A stretch of 64,000 bases of DNA, from NCBI RefSeq assembly GCF_009914755.1, contig NC_060928.1; one strand, given 5' to 3'. Origin of the DNA: the human T2T-CHM13v2.0 reference genome, Homo sapiens. Made by a program: the position numbers and the translations under genes. Of the stretch, positions 1-14,197 are shown piece by piece (the stretch's first letter is position 1; every line of letters starts with the position of its first letter). The notes under the pieces are model-generated. The model was not told where the DNA came from, searched no databases, and worked only from the letters and a program-made list of their open reading frames with translations.

Positions 1-874
1 AACATTACATTTTTAATAGCCGTAGCTGTTACTTCATTAGGTTGCTACTACAACAAATGAATTTGTGTAGAGACTGGATTACAAAACAACCCAGCATCAT
101 TTTATTTTTCTATTTCATCACTTTCAATAATGTATTACTTACAAAATAAAGACATATGTCATACCTAGAATTTGAGACTATATATGAAGACGTTTTATTC
201 TGTCTTTGGCATTGGAACGTTTCCAGACATTAAAGAAATATCTACCTTCAAACTATGTCATCATATATCAAGGAAATTATCAGACCATCCTATATTTTAT
301 GGTGGATAACTTTATAATTTAAATAGATTTCTTGTCATTCATCAGTTTCTTATTCAAATGTCAATAAGTCACTCCATGGTGGACTGAATTCCAGTATTCT
401 ATCAAACATGAATTTTTATGTATTAGTAGTATGAATTAAAATTTGTATGGATTCTTTGAAAAAGAAGACTCTGGAACCTTAAAAAGGGTAAAAGTTGATG
501 AAAATGTTGTGAGTGGTCGTATCCTCAGCCTCAGTGAGAGGTCGTTGCCTCTTTAGAAATGTAAGGTATTTATTATGGGAAAAAAAGAAAGAAAAATATT
601 TTATATAATTATGAGAGAAACCGCCAAATTATTAACAGTTCATGTGTGGATATTGCTATATAGGCCTAAAGCCAGATTAGCTTCAGATCTTAGTCCAGGT
701 GGAATACCAGACAAATTATATATTGGGCCTCCAAAACACAGTGGAACTGTGTGTGGTTCATTGGCTACAATAGCTCTTTATGTGTATCATGTACCATGGG
801 GAAAAAGAACTGGACATGACACATGATACAGCTGAATGAACATAAGGCAAAGCATCAACAATGGGATCTGAACA

Positions 875-1000
875 CAGCTTGTTGCTAACCTTTCTGATCT
901 TCAGTTTGCACGTTTGTAAAATGGTGATAATGTCCTGGCCTACTTCACTAGGTTTATACAAAAAGTAAAGTGAGATGGTATATGTGAAAATGCTTTGTTA
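875..1000 (+). mobile_element. MIR fragment
   Basis: Core ctaacctttctgatcttcagtttgcacgtttgtaaaatggtgataat. Confidence 0.7.
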
Positions 1001-2116
1001 CTTAATCCACTCTCTGCACTACGGAGATACTTTTTGTGGGTGGGGTAGATGAGATATTGAGTTATACTTACTAGTGAATGTAGGACAAAACAATAGTTTG
1101 TTGGAGTTATATGAAAGGTAATAGGGTTAGGATCATCGAGGATGGTTTGGAAAGTTAGCATGATGTGTTTCATCTGGAAAGTAAACCCCGCAATCCATAC
1201 ATATTTTCCAAAGTGTGAGTTCTTTATATTATTTAATTTATATCATTTTCCAAGTGATACAAGTAAGTTGGAAAAGTCAAATAATTCAACAAGTTTTATT
1301 TTTAAAAGAAGAGCTATCTTCTATCTACTATTCCCCCAAATATATAAAACACATACCTACTTCTCAAAGTGAATTATTTTCAACTTTTAGCTATTTAGTT
1401 GATTACATATTTAGTATTTAACTTTATTTATAAAAACATTTAAGTGTTTCTTGATTTTTCATCTTAAATTTCCACAGCAAAAGATGTGACTTTGGCTTCC
1501 TTTCACACCATCCAACCTCCTGGTCAGACAGACACAAAACTGCACACTCACATGCATATTGACTCACATACTCGCATACACACACATATGTGCACACACA
1601 CTCACACAAACACAGTCTCTTTTCCTCCAATCAACCTAATAGAGTTATAACATAAATTTTGATAGGATAAATCATTTTTACGTTATTATGAATATGCTAA
1701 ACTATTAACTACTGCTGCTTTCAATTCTGATTTTGAGCAAAGTTTTTACTTTCCCTATATTAATTGTGTTATATGTTCATTGGCTTCATTTCCTAGGTGC
1801 TCATCACTAATTCGTCCTGAGACTTTCTGCCATTCATGTAATCTTTCTCTCAATAATTTCAAACACATCAGGTATCTTGCTTAATTCGGCTTCCTGGTCT
1901 CTCCCCTTGAGCCCTCCATCTTCCTTCTCAGATTCTCCACTGGTGATTCTTTGATCTCCCTTTATTTCCCCCGAAATATTATTCTCTGTCCTTTTTACTA
2001 TAGTGGCTTTCTTGTTTCCAGGATTTCATATTTTCTTCTCCTTTGATTTACTATCGTTTTAGTGGTGCACACCTCCAGAAATGTCCTAAGAAATGGATGT
2101 CCCAACAAATGGATTT

Positions 2117-2413
2117 GGCTTGGCACGGTGACTCATGCCTGTAATCTCAGCACTTTGGGAGGCTGAGGTGGGCAGATTGCCCGAGGTCAGGAGTTCGGGA
2201 CCAGCCTGGCTAATATGGCGAAACCCTGCCTCTACTAAAAATACAAAAAATTAGCTGGAAGTGGTGGCACACGCCTATAATCCCAGCTACTTGGGAGGCT
2301 GAGGCAGGGAGAATCATGTGAACCTAGGAGGCGGAGATTGCAGTGAGCTGAGATCATGCCACTGCACTCCAGCCTGGACAACAGAGCAAGACTCTGTTTC
2401 AAAAAAAAAAAAA
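2117..2413 (+). mobile_element. Alu (AluS-type), full length
   Basis: ggcttggcacggtgactcatgcctgtaatctcagcactttggg, middle tactaaaaatacaaaaaattagc, ending gcaagactctgtttc plus poly(A). Confidence 0.97.
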
Positions 2414-2446
2414 GAAGAAAGAAAGAAGGAAGGAAGGAAGGAAGGA

Positions 2447-2494
<48 letters not shown>

Positions 2495-2571
2495 AAAGAA
2501 AGAAAGAAAGAAAAAAGCAAGCAAGCAAAAGAAAAGAAAGAAAAGAGAAGAGAAGAAAAAAGAAGGAAGGA
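2414..2571 (+). repeat. Compound (GAAA)n/(GGAA)n microsatellite grown from the Alu tail
   Basis: Directly visible, nearly purine-only tract. Confidence 0.95.
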
Positions 2572-3820
2572 ATTTAGTGGTCTCTTTTTTTGAGAACTTG
2601 CATGTGGTATAAGTACTTCTCCTTTCACATTAGATTGATGGTTTCACTGAACATAGAATCATAGGATGAAACTTATTTTCTTTCAGAATTTTCTTTATTG
2701 CTTTCGAGTTTCTATAGTATTACTGCTGTTGAGACATCTGATTTCTAATCACTTGTCTGTGACTTGATTTTTTTTTCTTCTTCTGAAGCTTTTAGGATGC
2801 ACTTCATATTTTCAGTATTCTAACATTTCACAGTGATAGGCTTTGATGTAATGTATTTTTACCTCTGCTTTATTGAGTCTTTGGTAAGCTTTTTAAAACT
2901 AGAAGTATATATGTTTTTCATTTTGTTAATCTTTTTTCTAATAATTTTCTCTCCAATATTTTTTCCCTTATCTCTTTCAAGAATTCTATTACTCATGTAT
3001 TAACACTAAAATGGTTTATCCAAATTTTTTAGCCTCTATGTCTCCCAGGGAGAGCCCTGATTTTCTTAAATATTTCTTCTAAATCTTTTATGCTTTTTCT
3101 GCTATTACTTTTGTAATACTCAAGGGCCACTATTTGTTAATGAATACTTATTTTAATAAGATACAAGTTTTTTGTTTCTCACACAGTTATAGTCAGTAAT
3201 TCAAACAATATTTTTTTAGCATCTACTATGTGTTAAGCACTGTTTTTGGGACTGGGAAAATAGCAGAGAACAACACACAAACAAACATCTCTGTGTCTTT
3301 GGAACTTACAATCCAGAAGAGGTGACAGACAATAAATGAGGTAAACTACTGAAACCTATGGTAAATTAGATAACAATAAGTCCTTACAAGAAAAACAACT
3401 AGGAATGGAAATAGGAACTTGTGTGGTCATTGGAGATAGTGTGGCAAGGGATGGTAATGTAGAGAAGGTGACTCTGAGTCAAGAGCTGGAAGAAGTAGGG
3501 TAGCAAGTCATTTAACAGCTGGAGAGGAAGTCTCTAATCCCAAAGGGAATGAATGCTTGGAATGTTCAAGCAGAAGCAAGGAGATTGGGTACAGAGAGAG
3601 AGTAAGGGGGAAGGTTGGAGGAGGTGAAATGTGAGAGAGACAGGCAGACAGACAACTCATACAGGCCTGGAGGAATTCTGAATTTTATTCTATATATAAG
3701 GGGACATTATTTGAGTATTTTGAACAGATAATTGGCATAATTTGATTTTTAAGGAGTAATTCTTATAGCTATGTAGAGAATAGACTAATAATAAAAATGA
3801 TAAGAATAATAGTTAAGTCA

Positions 3821-4170
<350 letters not shown>

Positions 4171-4467
4171 TCATTCTAATATTCTAATAGCTAGAGAGGA
4201 AGTTTCTAATCCCAAAGGGAATGAATTATTGGGATGTTCAAGCAAAAGCAAGGAGATTGGGTGCAGGGATAAAGTGAGGGGGAAGGTTGGAGGGGGTGAA
4301 ATGTGAGAGAGACAGGCAGACAGACAACACAGGCCTGGAGGAATTCTACATTTTATTCTACATATAAGGGGACATTATTTGAGTATTTCAAAGAGATTGG
4401 CATAATTTGATTTTTAAGGAATAATTCTTTAGCTATATAGAGAGTAGATTAATAATAAAAATGATAA

Positions 4468-4705
4468 GAATAATGGCTGACATTTATGTATTGCTTACTA
4501 TTTGCCACACTGAATTCAAAATGCCTTACTTACATTGTGTAATGAAGTTCTCACAACAGCTCTATGAGTTAGATACACTATCTTCATCATTTTACAGGTG
4601 AGGAAACTGAGCACTAAGACACTAAATAACTTGCCCAGGGTCATACGACAGGTAAGTGGCTGATTTAGGATGTAAATCCTTGCAATGCACTTTCAAAATC
4701 TGTGC
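4468..4705 (-). mobile_element. MIR inserted in L2
   Basis: ttttacaggtgaggaaactgag..aacttgcccagggtcatac..gtaagtggc. Confidence 0.9.
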
Positions 4706-7449
4706 TTTTATTCCCAAGCTCTATTGTAGGGGTGACAGAGTGTGTGCAGGGATGTCAGTTTGCAATAGTTTGGGTGAGTGAAGTTGGCAGTTTGGACAAG
4801 GGTGGTAGTGGTAGAGTTGCTAAGAAGTTGCTGAATGTGAGAAAGGTTCTGAAGGCCAAGCTGTCAGGATTTGCTGATAGATCTGTGGAAAAGAAAGAAC
4901 GGGTGTCAAGGGAGACTCCGGGTGTTTTGACTATAACAAATAAGTAAATGAGATTCCATTAATGAGGATAGCAAGCACTGTGGTGTCACGTTTAGAGGGA
5001 GCAAATCAATATTTCAGTTTTGAACATGTCGCATTTGGGATGTCTATTAAGAGGTCAGTGAAAATACCACATGGAAATGGGATATCACTGGATGCTGGAA
5101 TTTAAGATAGGTCAAGAACAGGATACAAGTTTTGGAGCCATCCACATAGACTCAGTATTTAAAACCAGTGGAATGAAGGAATTCAGCTAAGGGGAATATA
5201 GACAGAAAAGAGCATTGAGGACTGAACTTTGTGTCTTTACAACATGTAAAAATCAGAATATTCTCAAAGAAGACTAATAAAAGAGTCACCAGAGAAATAG
5301 AAGGAAAACCATTAGAACATGAAGATTCAGAGGCCAATTCAAATACACTCCATGAAGGAAGGATTGATCAACAGACACAAATGCTTTTGAAGGACTCAAA
5401 GAGAAAAAGACTGAGCACTGATTATAGAATTTGAAAATATAATGGTCGTGGGTGACTGAGAAAAGAGCATTTTTTTGTAAAGCGATAGAATAGATTCAAA
5501 GGAACTAGGTGGAGAATAGTGGATGAAGCAGAGTACAAAACTTTTTGATGAATTTTGCTGTAAAGAACAGAAAAATACTAGAAGGGGATGCTGGGACAAG
5601 GGAAGTTGTTAAAGGGAATTGTCTAAGAAGTGGATGAAATTGATGATGCAATAGAGTGAACAGATGATTGTAAAAGCAAAGGCCATGAATAGAAAAGATC
5701 ATATGGGGTACAATGCACAAATGGAAGGACTGACCTTAAGAGGAGGGGTGATTTGGTGGTGGATATGGATGCTCTCTTTTCTTTGCACCTATTTATGCAA
5801 TAAAATAAAAATGCAAGCTAATCAGCTGAGATTGGTGGGCAGGGAGGGTGTTTTGCCTGTTGGAGGAGAAAAGGGAACGGGTAAACTAATCCTTTGAGAG
5901 AATGGGAGAGACAATGGGACAATGAAAAATGGAAGGACTGCTGGGTAGCTGTGATGGTTGTTGTCATGAAGTTCAAGGGAGATGTTAGCAAAGAAATGCA
6001 TTTTTCTGCAGTCATATCCACCTGCTATAGTGCAGATGGAGAAAAGTCTGAAAGTTGGATTCAACCAGGAGAGTTTGAGAGACGATGAAGATTGGGGCAA
6101 GAACATTGAGGGTGGGAAGTGACTATAAGGAGGGACTAAAGAATTAAGGTAAAGTAACAAGGAAGCTGAGGACAGTGAAAAGGTAATAATTCAATAGACT
6201 GGAGGCTCCATAGGGGTTCAAAAATTGGTGTAAACAGGTTATAAGAGTATGAGCTAGAAAAGGGACAGTGGACTTGCATTAGCCACATATTGCTCAATGC
6301 ATAGTGTTGAGTGACCACATCTGAGTGAACATTAAGTTAAACATACCTACATTCCCACAGCTTTTGTACTGTGCAGAAAATATTTGCTCAGTTGAGTGAG
6401 CAACAGGCAAACAGTAATATGCTTTTTAGAGAATTGTAGGTATTACAGAGGTGAACAGAAAAATAACTCATGGAAGAAGTGAATATTTCTTGTGATTCAA
6501 AACTGATCATTAGAAACTTTCAGTTGAATTTTCAAAATACATCTTCTCTATTGTTTTTTCTGCACAATTCTATTTACCCTGGAAAAAGTGTCTTAATATT
6601 GTCACTAATATGTAGAAAATAAATTTGAAATGAAGTGGAGGATTGTATGGTATTGATATTATACTGCAATAAAGTTGTATAAAAATTAAGTGGACTACCT
6701 TCCCATATAAATTAGAATTAACCAATTTTTGAATATTTATTTGGTAGGCTCTATCAAGTGTCTCTTTTTATTCTAGTATAGATGAGGAAAAGGAATGTTT
6801 GGAGTCAGGAAAGAATATGATGTAGTTAAGAAGCATTTTATCAAAAAATGGATGACAACATACTAGTGTATATTTACAGTAATGGATAGTGCCAGCCACA
6901 ATAGAGCTTTTGTAAAATAAATTTGAATTAATCATGAAATACAACTTAGATAAAATTTCAAATTCCAGTTTTATCTCGCGAAAATCTGGTTAATTTGAAA
7001 CAATTGCATAGTCATACCCATATTGACCAAGCTACCTTTCAACCGCTTATGTGTACTTGATCCATCATTATTAGTTAAGTTAAAGGATCTTCCAGTAGCC
7101 AACATGCTCAGTATCCACATTTCCAGGGATTCTCATGGCAAGTGAAATGAAATATATTGGCTTAGTTAGTAAAGTTTATTTTACTCAATCAAATAAATAT
7201 TTAAAGACATAAATCTAAGCATGTTACCTGTCCAGATTAAAGCCTTCTATGGCCTTCTATTACACTTGGAATAAAGTCCGCTCTCTTTTCCATGATTTAT
7301 TCATACCCACATAATCGAGGTCTAACCTCTCAGACCTATCTCCCTGATATCTGCCTTCCTTTCCACAGGATCCAGTGACACTTGCTTTAATGTTCCCGGA
7401 AGACTTACTTCTGCCACCTGAACCAAGCTCTTCCTCCTCGAATGACCTT

Positions 7450-7989
7450 TTGTGGTCATCAGCCTTTAGTAGGGCTTCGCATGGTCCTCATTTCTGGTGT
7501 CCTCGTCTATGTGTAACTCCTCCTCTTGTGCATGAGCTACACCTATTAACTCAACTTCTAGTGAATAGAATGTGGCAAAATTGGTGAGAAGTCCCTTTTG
7601 AGAGTAGGTGACTTCTGTTTGGGGTTCTATCTACTTTTCACTCCCACACCTTCCAGTCCTTAAGTCTGAGGGAAGCCCGCTGCTCTGTTGTGAGTAGCCC
7701 AGGTGGCAAGGAAATGACGTCTCTAGCTGATAGGCAGGGAGGCCCTGACACCTGTCAACAGCCTGTGAGGGAGTCTGAACACATTCCCTTTTCTCACTGA
7801 GCCTGGAGAGGATGGCAGCCTGACTGGCTGATATGTTGCTTGCCTTCTTGTGGGAGACCTCAAGCCAGTGGACCTGGCTAAGCCACACCTGGGTCCTGAC
7901 CCATAGAAACAATAAAATACAAATGTTCTGTTGTTTCACGCCACTAAGTCTTGAGGTAATCTCTCATGCAGTCATAGATGACTAATACA
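7450..7989 (+). mobile_element. MaLR solo LTR (MLT1-type)
   Basis: aatagaatgtggcaaaa..gatggcagcctg..ccactaagtcttgaggtaat..atagatgactaataca terminal. Confidence 0.8.
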
Positions 7990-8043
7990 CTTGTTCTTTT
8001 CACTTGGGCTTCAGATGTAACATCCATTTCTCTCCTTTCAAAT

Positions 8044-8244
8044 GTAGTCAGCAAGCTTTTTTGATAAAGGCCATATAGTAAAAATGTTAGGCTTTGTGAG
8101 TCATATAGCTTCCACCACAACTACCCAATCTGCCATTACAGCATGAACTCATCAGGAGACAATAAGTAAATAAATGAGTGTGGCTGGGTTTCAAGTGAAT
8201 TCTATTCACAAAAACAGGTGGCAGGCCAGCGTTTGCCAACTCCT
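8044..8244. mobile_element. MER58A-like hAT element
   Basis: gtcagcaagc..taaaggccatatagtaaaaatgttaggctttg..tttgccaactcct, with terminal inverted ends. Confidence 0.8.
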
Positions 8245-8739
8245 ACTCTAAGAGACATTCCAGGCTCCTTGATCTAATGTCATTTCTCCCACACTGAAGT
8301 CACTCTCATTTTAGCTTCTTTAATTTATTCTTTTATTGCCCTTCTCACTGGAATGGAAAGTGCCTGAGAACATATTGCTCCCTGGGGCCCAGAACAATGA
8401 CCAGCATGTTAGACAGTTAATACTGAATGGATATTTACATACATTGATTTGGGTGAAGCTGGAGGAGGACTTCCCAGATGAGGAAGTGCCCAGGAACCAT
8501 GCCATCAGATAAAGACACAAAAAAAGACAAAAACACAGTGCTGCATGTTCATATATGCCATGTCTGTCCTGTCAAAAAAAAGGCATTGATTGATCTGTGC
8601 TCTTTCAAAGGTCAGAATAGTGAAAAATCACAGTCTGGTAGCAACCTCTGTATCAAACTTTCCCTGACCCCCAGATATTGTTAATTCCTACCTTCTTTTT
8701 TCTATTTAATAGCCACACACATTTTTAAATGTATAATTA

Positions 8740-8900
8740 TTGAAATATTTTTTTCCAATACTAGCTTCCCAACTAGAAAGTGAATTACTTGAAGGCAAGG
8801 GCAATGCTCTTTTAATCTTTGTATGTGGAACCTGTTTGCCATTGTGAGTGCTCAGTAAGTGTTTGTCTGTCATAGTATGTGCTCAGTAAATCAATGCTGA
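8740..8900 (+). mobile_element. L2 3' end
   Basis: actagaaagtgaattacttgaaggcaagg..gtgctcagtaaat. Confidence 0.6.
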
Positions 8901-11702
8901 AGAGAGGAATGGAAATAGGGAGGGAGCGAGGAAAGAAGGAATTAATTCCATGTAAAGCACAAATCTAAACCTGAGAAATGTTCAACAGTTAGCCGGTCTG
9001 CCTCTGCTCTCAGGGAATACAACTTCTTTCATATGATTTGTCAAGATAATTTCCTTTATTTTCCTGATAGAAGGAACCATTAGAAAATATTATTGAATTT
9101 TTGCTCTCCCTACAGGTGCCAACCCACTCTTCTTTTTTCATTTACCACATAATCACTGTATTTTACGGTGGCACAGGGCACATAAATTTCCATCTTTCTT
9201 ATGAAACACTGCTGTTGTTATTCTCTGTAACATTTCAAAATATTAGAATATATAACAGAACAGCTGCACTTGGATAGAACTCTGTATGTTGCAAATGAGT
9301 AATAAAAGCATCATATATTCTTTCCAAGGTTATAGTTACACAAAATTCTTAATGAAATTTACTCATAAACAGGAGTCAGAGAGATAAGAATGAGTTGAAT
9401 TTGGCTTTTCAGCTATGTAGCAATGTATTGGATTATACCTTACAGGGTTGGTGCACATACTTTTATCCAGATAATCATATGTCTGGCTCTACAAATAATA
9501 TATGTTTGTTCTTTCAGCTTAGCAAATTATAACATGGTGTTTGGGGGCAGGGTATGGTTTGGATACCATTGTAACTAGCAGTTGATCTTAATCTTTACTG
9601 TTTTTGATTACATATAATTTATTTTAATTGCAGAGCAGCGCAGTTTTCAAATTTAACTTTGCTATGGCTTTCCTCACAACATAATACAGATAAATCACAC
9701 TACAATTGGTCTTTATTGCCATTTTGGTCTAATACAGGCCATTTGATTATTAGCATTCTGTGTTATAAATAACACAGAATTTATAAATAAATAAAAAAAG
9801 AATGAAAAATTGTGATGACCTCTGTTGGACTTTAAATTTTATATTTCTGCAGGGATACACATTCATTGTAGAACTTATTTTTGAAAAACAGGAAAGACAT
9901 GTCAACTATGAAATCATTTATAATTATAATGTTCAGAGATAACCACACTTTATATTTTGATGTTTAAGCTTCTGATCTTTTATATATTTCTATAGTAAAG
10001 AATTAATTATGAAAATCAAGATCAAACTGACCATAATATTTTAGATATTTAGACATATTATTCTTTGAGAGGTTAAATGAATATGAAAATAAATAGAAAG
10101 ATACATTTACCTTTTTTATTTGTGTTTCTGCATTTCCTCACTAGAACATAAGCTCCCTGAGGACAGATTTTTTTTTTTAACTCTTCTATCTCCATTATGT
10201 AAAACAGGGCTTGGCACATATCTGTTCAATGAGTGAATTCATAACTAACATTTTTGCATTACAATATGTTATCAAGAAATTTCAAGAATATCAAGAAGAG
10301 TTTTAGTATTCAAAAAATTTATTTTTAATGGCTGTGAGATTGTGCTGTAATTCACCAAACTGATCTTTATTTGATGGACACTTAAGTTCTTTCCAACTTT
10401 TACCTACATAAAAATAAAATATTTGTTTATATATTCTAATAGCATTATTCTTTTGTTCTAATTAAATAAAATTAAAATTGCTCTTCTAATTTTGTTTAAT
10501 AGATCAGAATGATATTGAATTGCGATAATTGCCTTAGGAATTCTTGAACCCTGAATTAAATAGACTCTGTTTGAAGTTTATAATTAAATTTACTGTTGGC
10601 TTTGGTTTCATATATATATATTCTTATCATTTTGAAGAAATACATACCTATTTTTATGCTACTAAAAGATTTTTTTAAAGGTGTGGTATGAAATTTTATC
10701 AAAACTCTTTGGCATTTGTTCTATTAATATGATGATATAGATTATCAAATTTTCCTAGTAGTAATTTTTTAACATGTGGATTTACTGATGGTATAATCTA
10801 TTTTATACACTGTTGGATTAAGTTAGCTGGTATTTGATTTAAATTTTTATCTGTTTATTTATAAGCAAGATTTGCCTATAGTTTTCTTTTATAGAACAGT
10901 CTTTGTCAGTTTTTGATTAAAAAGCTTGGCTAAGTTCGCTGAGACGGTTCATTTAAATTCTTCCTATGCTCTGGAATGGTTTATTTATATGAATATTATG
11001 TTACTTGGAAGTTTGAAGGAAATTGCCCATAAGACTCTTGAGAACCATGTCTTTTTAAATAGCTGAGTATTTGAAAATATATTTCCATTATTCTATGACA
11101 ATCATTTTGTAATGATGTTCCTCTTATAAAGTACAGCATAACTGAAAGTTCCTGGAAATAAAGTTTTGCAAAATTGCATAACTTTCTTTATTTTATGACA
11201 CTGAACCTTTAATCTGCTACTCAACAATATCAGTCTCTAAAAGGCGAATAGAATATACGATGTTCCCCAAACTCATTTACTATAGAATCCCATCTCCATT
11301 TTTATATCACACTTTTAACATCTCACAAAATAAAGAAAAACTGTCAAAGCTGCTTAGAATATAACTCTATGGCCATCCAAGCCAACATTGATTCCAGGCT
11401 CTGGTGTTCATTTGTTGTGTGACCCTAGACAAGTTACTCAAAATAAGAATATCTAACTGAAAGGATTATGAAAAGAATTAAATTTTCATAGTAGCATGAA
11501 ATATATCACATTTTTTATTCTTCTTATAGATTATTTTATCTCTTTTCTCATTTCAAGTTTTTTTGTGTCTCTTTTAATGATTAAACAGACATACTTTATT
11601 CTTTCAAAGTCCACTGTTGTATTTACCTGTTCTATTGTTTTACATTTCCTACATTTTTCATTTCTGATCTTACATTTTTATTTTCTTCTTCTATATTCTC
11701 AG

Positions 11703-11796
11703 ACATGAGAGGTTTATATCAGGCAGTCTCCACCCCTGTTCCGAAGTCAAGAGGCTGACTCGGGTTGCTACTTCTTGACAGACCGGACCCCAGATC
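11703..11796 (+). other. Candidate 94-nt non-coding exon
   Basis: Long polypyrimidine tract and CAG acceptor (tttttattttcttcttctatattctcag), GC-rich body, GTGAGT donor. Stops in all three + frames. Confidence 0.45.
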
Positions 11797-12789
11797 GTGA
11801 GTTCAATCACTGGCAGGGCAAATTGTTATATTTTCTTCCCCCCTCCTTTTAAAAGCAATATAGTATAAGTTATACCTTTATTTTCCAAGTGCAGTGCTTA
11901 CCTCAGTATGTTTTAATATCATATATCAACTTAAATTCTCAAAATATTAGTATCATCAATTAATGAAAGTCTCTCAATTTCCCTAAGTTAGATGAGAAAA
12001 TGAGAACATTTTACTCCTCTTTTGTGCTTTCAACACCAATTCTTATTAAAATTTCCCTTTTACAATTGTGCTGAGATTTGTATTCAGTCTTATACCCGTA
12101 TCCATAAAAATCATTTTTATTTCTGTATGAAATTGTGCTTCCATCAGCTGTTTCATATCATGCCTCACTCATTTTTGAATACAATTACATTGAAAAGATT
12201 CCTAGGTAATTTCAATGAATCTGCATTTATTATTTTAGGGAGGAAAACACATTATTCTTTTCTGCAGAACTGAATTTTGTTGGTTAATATTTTATGTAGA
12301 ATTTTTTGCGTATGTAATCGCAAGAAAGATTGATATTTAGCTTATTTGAGAACTGAATTACTTATTTTGTAACATCTCTATTGATATTTAACAAAATTTA
12401 TTTTTGCTTGGCTAAATAAATTAGGGATAATTTTTCTAGGGCTGTACTAATCTAAACGTTATCAATATCATTCCCTTAAAGTCAGACTCAATTAATCTTG
12501 GATTTTTTTTTTGTCAATGTTAGATCTTCTATGATTTTTCCAAATTTTTGTCTCTTTTACTCTCTACAACAATGCTTGTAATAGCATAGGTGCTGAATAA
12601 ACATGTGTTAAATGAGCAAACCAAAGAATCTTTTCTCTTTAACTAGTCTATTAAGTTTTGTATTTTGCCTTGAGTTATTATGCTAGAAAATAATCATTCC
12701 TAGACAATGATCTGTTTCTATCTTTCTCTTTTTGTTAGTTGTTGAAGTAGCACTCTTTTTAAAAATTATTTTTATAGTATTAAAATAGC

Positions 12790-13510
12790 ATTCCAAAATT
12801 ATATATATATTTAAGGTGAACAACATGTTTTGATATACACATTACATAGTGAAATGATTACTACAGTCAAACAATATATTTATCAATTCACATAGTTATT
12901 TTTTTTTTGTGGTAAAAGTACTTACAAATCTACTCTTAGCAAATTTCCAGTATATCATGCAATATTGTTAGCTACAGTCCTCATGCTGCACATTAGCTCT
13001 CTGGACTTACTCATCCTACATAACTGCAAGTTTATGCCCTTTTACCTACATTTCCCCATTCTCCACCCTTATGCCCCTGTTGCTGGTAACCACCTTTCTA
13101 CTGTCTATTTCTATGTATTAGAGTTTGTTTATTAGTTTGTTTTAAATTCCACATGTAAGTGAAATCGCGCAGTGTTTTTCCTTTCTGTGTCTGGCTTATT
13201 TCACTTAGCATAATGTCCTCCAGGTTCATCCATGTTGTCAAAAATGGCACAATCTCTGTTTTAAAAGGGTGAATAATGTCTATATAAATATACACACACA
13301 CACTCATACACATACATGCTCACACACACATATATAGTGGATGTATATCACATTTTCTATATCCATTCACCTGTCAACAATCACTTACGTTGTTTCCATA
13401 TCTGTATCTTGGCTATTGAGAATAATGCTTCAATGGGTGTGAGGGCATAAACATCTTTATCAGGTGGTGATTTCATTTCCTTTGGGTATATACCCAGAAG
13501 AGGGATTGCT
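12790..13510 (-). mobile_element. L1MA-type 3' end
   Basis: tctggcttatttcacttagcataatgtcctccaggttcatccatgttgtc..tttcctttgggtatatacccagaagagggattgct. Confidence 0.9.
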
Positions 13511-13894
13511 TGAAACCTCTTCCAAGTATGTGACACATCTCCTTTATCATTTCAAATCATGTATATTTATATTGTCTTTAACAAAGATCTCAAACATTTG
13601 ATCTGTTTTGTCTTTCCATCAAACCAGCTTTTGTCTTCTATTTAATTTCATCCTTTATCTTCATTAATTACTGCCTTCCTCATTTCTTTGGTTTATATTG
13701 TACTTTTCTACGTAAGTTATTTAGGTACTATGTACTTAATTTCTTAATTTATGTCTTTTTTCCATCTAATAATGAAGTAATTTAATTTCTATCGCATTTC
13801 AATAGATTGTAATTTTCCTTTTGATATGAGTGTTAGGAGAATGTTCCTCAATTTCCTGGTGATTGGAATATTATCTATGAAACTTTTTCTTTCC

Positions 13895-14197
13895 CCAGGG
13901 TAAAAATCACATAAGATAATCATTTTAAGGTGGAAATTCAGTGGCATTTAGTACATTCACAATGATGTGTAATCACCACTTCTATCCAGTTCTGAAACAT
14001 TTTCGTCATCCCAAAAAGAATCCTTGTACCCATTAAGCAATCAACCCTCATTCCTATCTCTACCCTCTTCCCCCACTCAGGTTCTGGGAAATACTAATTT
14101 GCATTCTTTATCTGTGGATTTACCTGCTGTGGATATTTCATATAAATTAAATCATATAATTGTGTCTTTTTGTGCCCGACTTCTTTCAATTACCATG
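13895..14197 (-). mobile_element. L1MB-type 3' end
   Basis: aattcagtggcatttagtacattcacaatgatgtgtaatcaccacttctatccagttc. Confidence 0.85.

Larger units (their letters stand above)
1700..3180 (-). mobile_element. Degraded ancient L1 (L1ME-like) fragments, interrupted by an Alu
   Basis: T-rich sequence with L1ME-like motifs such as aaacttattttctttcagaatttt..tgctgttgagacatctgat. Confidence 0.45.

Noticed and set aside
2235-2628. Four overlapping ORFs of 73-104 aa
   Set aside because: Alu plus (GAAA)n translation artefacts. The same applies to the Alu-derived ORFs at 3888-4306, 36792-37091, 49603-49833, 51565-51789 and 57133-57318.
11750-11850. tRNA or vault-RNA gene
   Set aside because: Only a B-box-like gagttcaatc is present. 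I could build neither a cloverleaf nor a terminal stem.
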